The notes under the pieces were generated by a model. The model saw only the letters and a program-made list of their open reading frames with translations, had not been told where the DNA came from and searched no databases. A DNA stretch of 64,000 nt from the human T2T-CHM13v2.0 reference genome, Homo sapiens. A program made the position numbers and the translations under genes. The stretch lies in NCBI RefSeq assembly GCF_009914755.1, contig NC_060929.1. One strand, written 5' to 3'. This document shows, piece after piece, positions 60,356 to 64,000 of the stretch (its first letter is position 1; every line of letters starts with the position of its first letter).

Positions 60356-61467
60356 TGATGACGACTAAGCTCCATCCACGCCACCACGAACACCAGAAGT
60401 TCATTTGATTTTTTATTATACATTTGTTCCCATTTCTCTTATATTCAGAGTATTTGATGAATTATATGTCAGTGTAATTAGAAAGAGTGTTTTATTTTAA
60501 TGAAAATATTTAATGCTTAAATCTTATAATCATAGGAATTTTTTCTTTAATTTTTGCATTTTAACACCATAATATAAAATTAAAATATGTGAGAATTCTT
60601 ATGTACTATAAAATTACATGTCAGATGTATTTTTCTTTCTCCGAAGGACAACAGAGAGATCAGTATATTACCTTAGCTATAAAAATAGTTTACAGTAAAA
60701 CCGATTCTTCAGAGCTGAAGGCATGGAAATGAGTGCAGAGACTAGACAGTGTTTCTAGGGTCTGTTTTCTCTCTGAAGTTTTCCATGCGGCTTCTAGAAT
60801 ACTTTACCATTTTAATATTATCAAATAGCCCTCCCTGACATAAAACAATATTGGTAGCAATGTGAGTAAAGTCATTTTAGACAACAATTTGGTGTGTAAT
60901 TTTAATTTCATTTCTTGCAAAAGTCAGAAAATAGTTCAGTGGATGACAAATGAAAATTCAATTTTCATTCATTCAAATTTCATTCATTCAAATCAATTCC
61001 AGTCTCCTGGTCAGGACACAGCCTTCTGGATAGACTACCATAAGGAAATAGTTTCTGGAGGCTTCACCTGTTGAAATCAAGCAACAAGCATAAAAGCTAA
61101 GACATTGCAACTCCAGGCTTCAGTATGAAAACACATAAGTCTCTTGGAAGAGTTTTTCTCTCTTAAAGTAGCTTCCTGTCCCCAGGATGCTTTGGACCCA
61201 CACAACTTTTTTCTTCCAGGTAGAAAGAAACAGAAAAATGTGTCTATATGCCCTTAGAAGCACAAATATTTAGTCAAAGCAATTATGAAAGAAGCTGCTG
61301 CCTTCATCTAGATGAGATCAATGACACAGCTGGAGAAAGACTTTAAAATCGTCGGTCAATTCAGCCTAGACTAAAACACAGAAGGTGCAGGGCACAGGCA
61401 GTCCTGTCATAGAAACAGTGGATTCAGTTCTTTGTCCTTTAAGAACAGGCCTTTCTATCTAGACTGG

Positions 61468-61705
61468 GGCCCAGAAGAAGACAATTATTTTGTACTAGGT
61501 GTTGAGGAAGTGGCCCTTGGGTTTTCATCTGTGAACAGCCTCCTTCCAATGCTTGGGCTGCAGCGGGGCGTCTGATTCCCCATCTCACACACACCCAGGG
61601 CTGCTTCTACCACCTCCCTGAATAAGACCCCGGTCATTCCAGCCATGGGCATGGCCATGACCATGTTCTAGAACACTGACCTACCAGTGACGGACTGCAT
61701 TAGAA
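61468..61705 (-). pseudogene. TAF11-like C-terminal remnant
   Basis: rc reads ...ATGGCTGGAATGACC...GAGGTGGTAGAAGCAGCCCTGGGTGTGTGTGAGATG...CCGCTGCAGCCCAAGCATTGG. Confidence 0.85.
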
Positions 61706-62358
61706 ACTTCTAATAAGTGTCTCTCTCTTTCCTACCCATAAACAGACCCACGCTGGCTGTTCTGCCTCCTGTAATGTGAAGTGACTTGTGGATAGAGAGT
61801 CTATTCACTTTTTAGAAAGTAGAGTTGGATGTATTTTCATAGCAAACTAGCAGGAACAGCCCAGGAGACAGGGAACATTGAAACCATGTAGCTGCATATA
61901 GAAAACTTCAAAGTGTGGGTCTCATCTACTGTTTGATCAAGTGCAACAAATATCATCGAGTTTCCATCAAGAAGAAATGTATTTGCTTGTAAATAGTCTA
62001 AATGAGGCATTCTCCACACAAAAGAGCAAATGTATTGACAATTGATGTAGAGCTGAAGTGCTGAAACTTGCTCACTGACACATTTCCACTCAACACTAAT
62101 GCATTAGACCCTCAATGCAGAATAAAAGTTTACAAATAAAAGCAAATAGAAACACAGTCACTACCTGTGATTTCTGCTTATGTTTCCACTCCCAATCATA
62201 TTCTTAGCTACTTTTGGACCCCATGGGGGAAAAGAAACCAGAACGTAATAAAACTTCTAACATCAGAACTACCAGTAACTGAAAGAAGAGAAAAAAAAAA
62301 CACAACAAAAGAGAAACGAAGCCGTCTAGAGTGCAAGGTATCCCAGGAGCGTGGGCTC

Positions 62359-62774
62359 TTAAGTACCCGCTCCACGGAGGCAGCGGGCCAGCTGCATGTC
62401 TCTGGGCATAATTGTCATGTCACGTGCCTGGCATGGATGGCACACAGGTTGGTGTCTTCAAAGAGGCGCACCAGGTAGGCCTTGCTGGGCTCCTGCAGGG
62501 CGCTAGTGGTTGCGCTCTGGAAGCGCAGGTCCGGGCTGATGGCCTGGGTGATCTCGCGCACCAGGCGCTGGAAGTGCAGCTTGCGCAGGAGCAGCTGAGT
62601 GGACTTCTGGTACTTTCTGATTTTGCAGAGTGCCAGGGTGCCAGACCTGTAGCCGTGGGGCTTCTTGATCCCTCCTGTAGGCGGCGCCCTCTTGCTGGCA
62701 GCTTTGGTGGCCAGGGGCTTCCTGGGGGCCTCCGAGGTGGTGGCTTTGCAGGTGTTCTGCTTGATGTCCACTGT
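62359..62774 (-). pseudogene. H3.Y-like pseudogene
   Basis: [25 protein letters not shown]...[10 protein letters not shown]; ATG replaced by ACA; TGACA duplication near 62413 gives early stop. Confidence 0.9.
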
Positions 62775-63083
62775 GGTGCAGGGCCGCGGCCTCTCCCCTG
62801 TCCTTGGGCTGAGCCTGGCCAGCTGCAGGCAGCTCTGGCGTCAGGGAGCGAGGGCGGTGGGTTTGTGGACAGGACTCAGAGAGCCTGTGAGTTGAGATCC
62901 GTGCAGAAGACGCAACCCCACTCTTAGCCCCTTTCAATCCAGCCCTAGACTTACCTGCTCACAGGTCTGCGGGTCAGGCTGCTCGTTCGCCCTGTGGGGT
63001 CCTGGGCTTCCGAGGTCTACACACCGGCAGTGGGAATCTTCTTGCAGCTAGTCTTGCTCTGTGGTCTCAACCAAGTTTAGAGT

Positions 63084-63111
63084 CTTATAATTCGCTGCGA
63101 TGATTGCATTA
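63084..63111 (-). promoter_or_regulatory. H3.Y-type promoter remnant
   Basis: cttataa ~63084, TGATTGCATTA 63101-63111; homology to other copies ends near 63150. Confidence 0.55.
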
Positions 63112-63533
63112 GAGCCACCTGGCTAGCTTCCATTGCACTCATTGCTTCACGAGATTTTTAATTTAATGAGAACGAGCTGTCCCCATCCCATCCTACAAAG
63201 TAACTGGTCAGGGCTGAGTGCAGTCCTGGGGGTAAGGGGATGACATGCCCAGGTGTCAGCTCAAAGGATCTCTGCATCATCCTGAGGTGGGAGGCAGGGC
63301 AAGGAGCACCAATGAGGTTCTCCTCCCTCCCCCACCACCCCCCACAGTAAAAGCTTATCAAGTCTATGGGTAGTGCCACACCAAAGGGTGGTGTTACCTT
63401 CCATTGTATTTACGGGTTCACAGATTTGTAACCTAATCAAGGTATGAAAAACTAAGTTCATGGGTTCCTCCAACACTCAAAAGAGGGGCAGATATCTGGA
63501 GTATGCATTATGGGATGGATCATAGGTGGTGGT

Positions 63534-63921
63534 TGATACGGTTTTGTTGTCACCACCTAAAATCTCATCTTGAATTGTAATCCCTATAGTCCCCATACTC
63601 CCCATGTCAAGGGAGAGACCAGGTGGAGGTAACTGAATCATGGGGGCAGTTTCCCAGTTTCCCCCATGCTGTTCTTGGGATAGTGAGTGGGTTCTCATAA
63701 GATCTAATGGTTTTATAAGGGACTCTTCCCTCTCACTCTTCGCACTTCTCTCTCCTGCTGTCTTGTGAAGAAGGACGTGTTTGCTGCCCCTCCTGCCACG
63801 ATTGTAAGTTTCCTGAGGCCTCCCCAGCCATTCAGAACAGTGAGTCAATTAAACCTCTTTGCTTTATAAATTATCCAGTCTCAGATATTTCTTTATAGCA
63901 GTGTGACAACAGACTAATACC
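63534..63921 (+). mobile_element. THE1/MST-type MaLR solo LTR
   Basis: tgatacggttt...gtgagtcaattaaacctct...gactaatac with 5-bp TSD GTGGT (63529-63533, 63922-63926); contains TAACTGAATCA 63630-63640. Confidence 0.9.
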
Positions 63922-64000
63922 GTGGTCATCCAGAATTCTGCCTGCAACAGAGATTCTGACAGTTCACATTTTATGATAGTAATGGAAGTATTTATAATAA

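Overview
Primate (most likely human) genomic DNA from a segmentally duplicated array of two histone-fold retrogene families; gene content matches the TAF11-like / H3.Y cluster known from human 5p15.1. It holds three intact TAF11-like ORFs (+), one frameshifted TAF11-like copy, the intact H3.Y gene H3Y1 (-), four H3.Y/H3.X-like pseudogenes (-), six N-terminally deleted TAF11-like remnants (-), many Alu and L1 fragments and a THE1 LTR. Main observations: (1) TAF11L and H3.Y genes use homologous promoter cassettes (DUX4-type TAAYBBAATCA motifs plus TTATAAG), and each complete H3.Y-type unit continues downstream into TAF11L 5' leader sequence, a truncated TAF11L CDS and TAF11L 3' flank, suggesting H3.Y arose as an H3.3 retrocopy that landed in a TAF11L unit and captured its promoter; (2) the TAF11L copies at 24.3 and 26.7 kb look like one read-through unit (first has lost its AATAAA signals, second has lost its promoter); (3) a candidate Alu-driven 3' transduction whose source lies 6 kb away. 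All alignments were done by eye; repeat boundaries, subfamilies and TAF11L paralog numbers are approximate.
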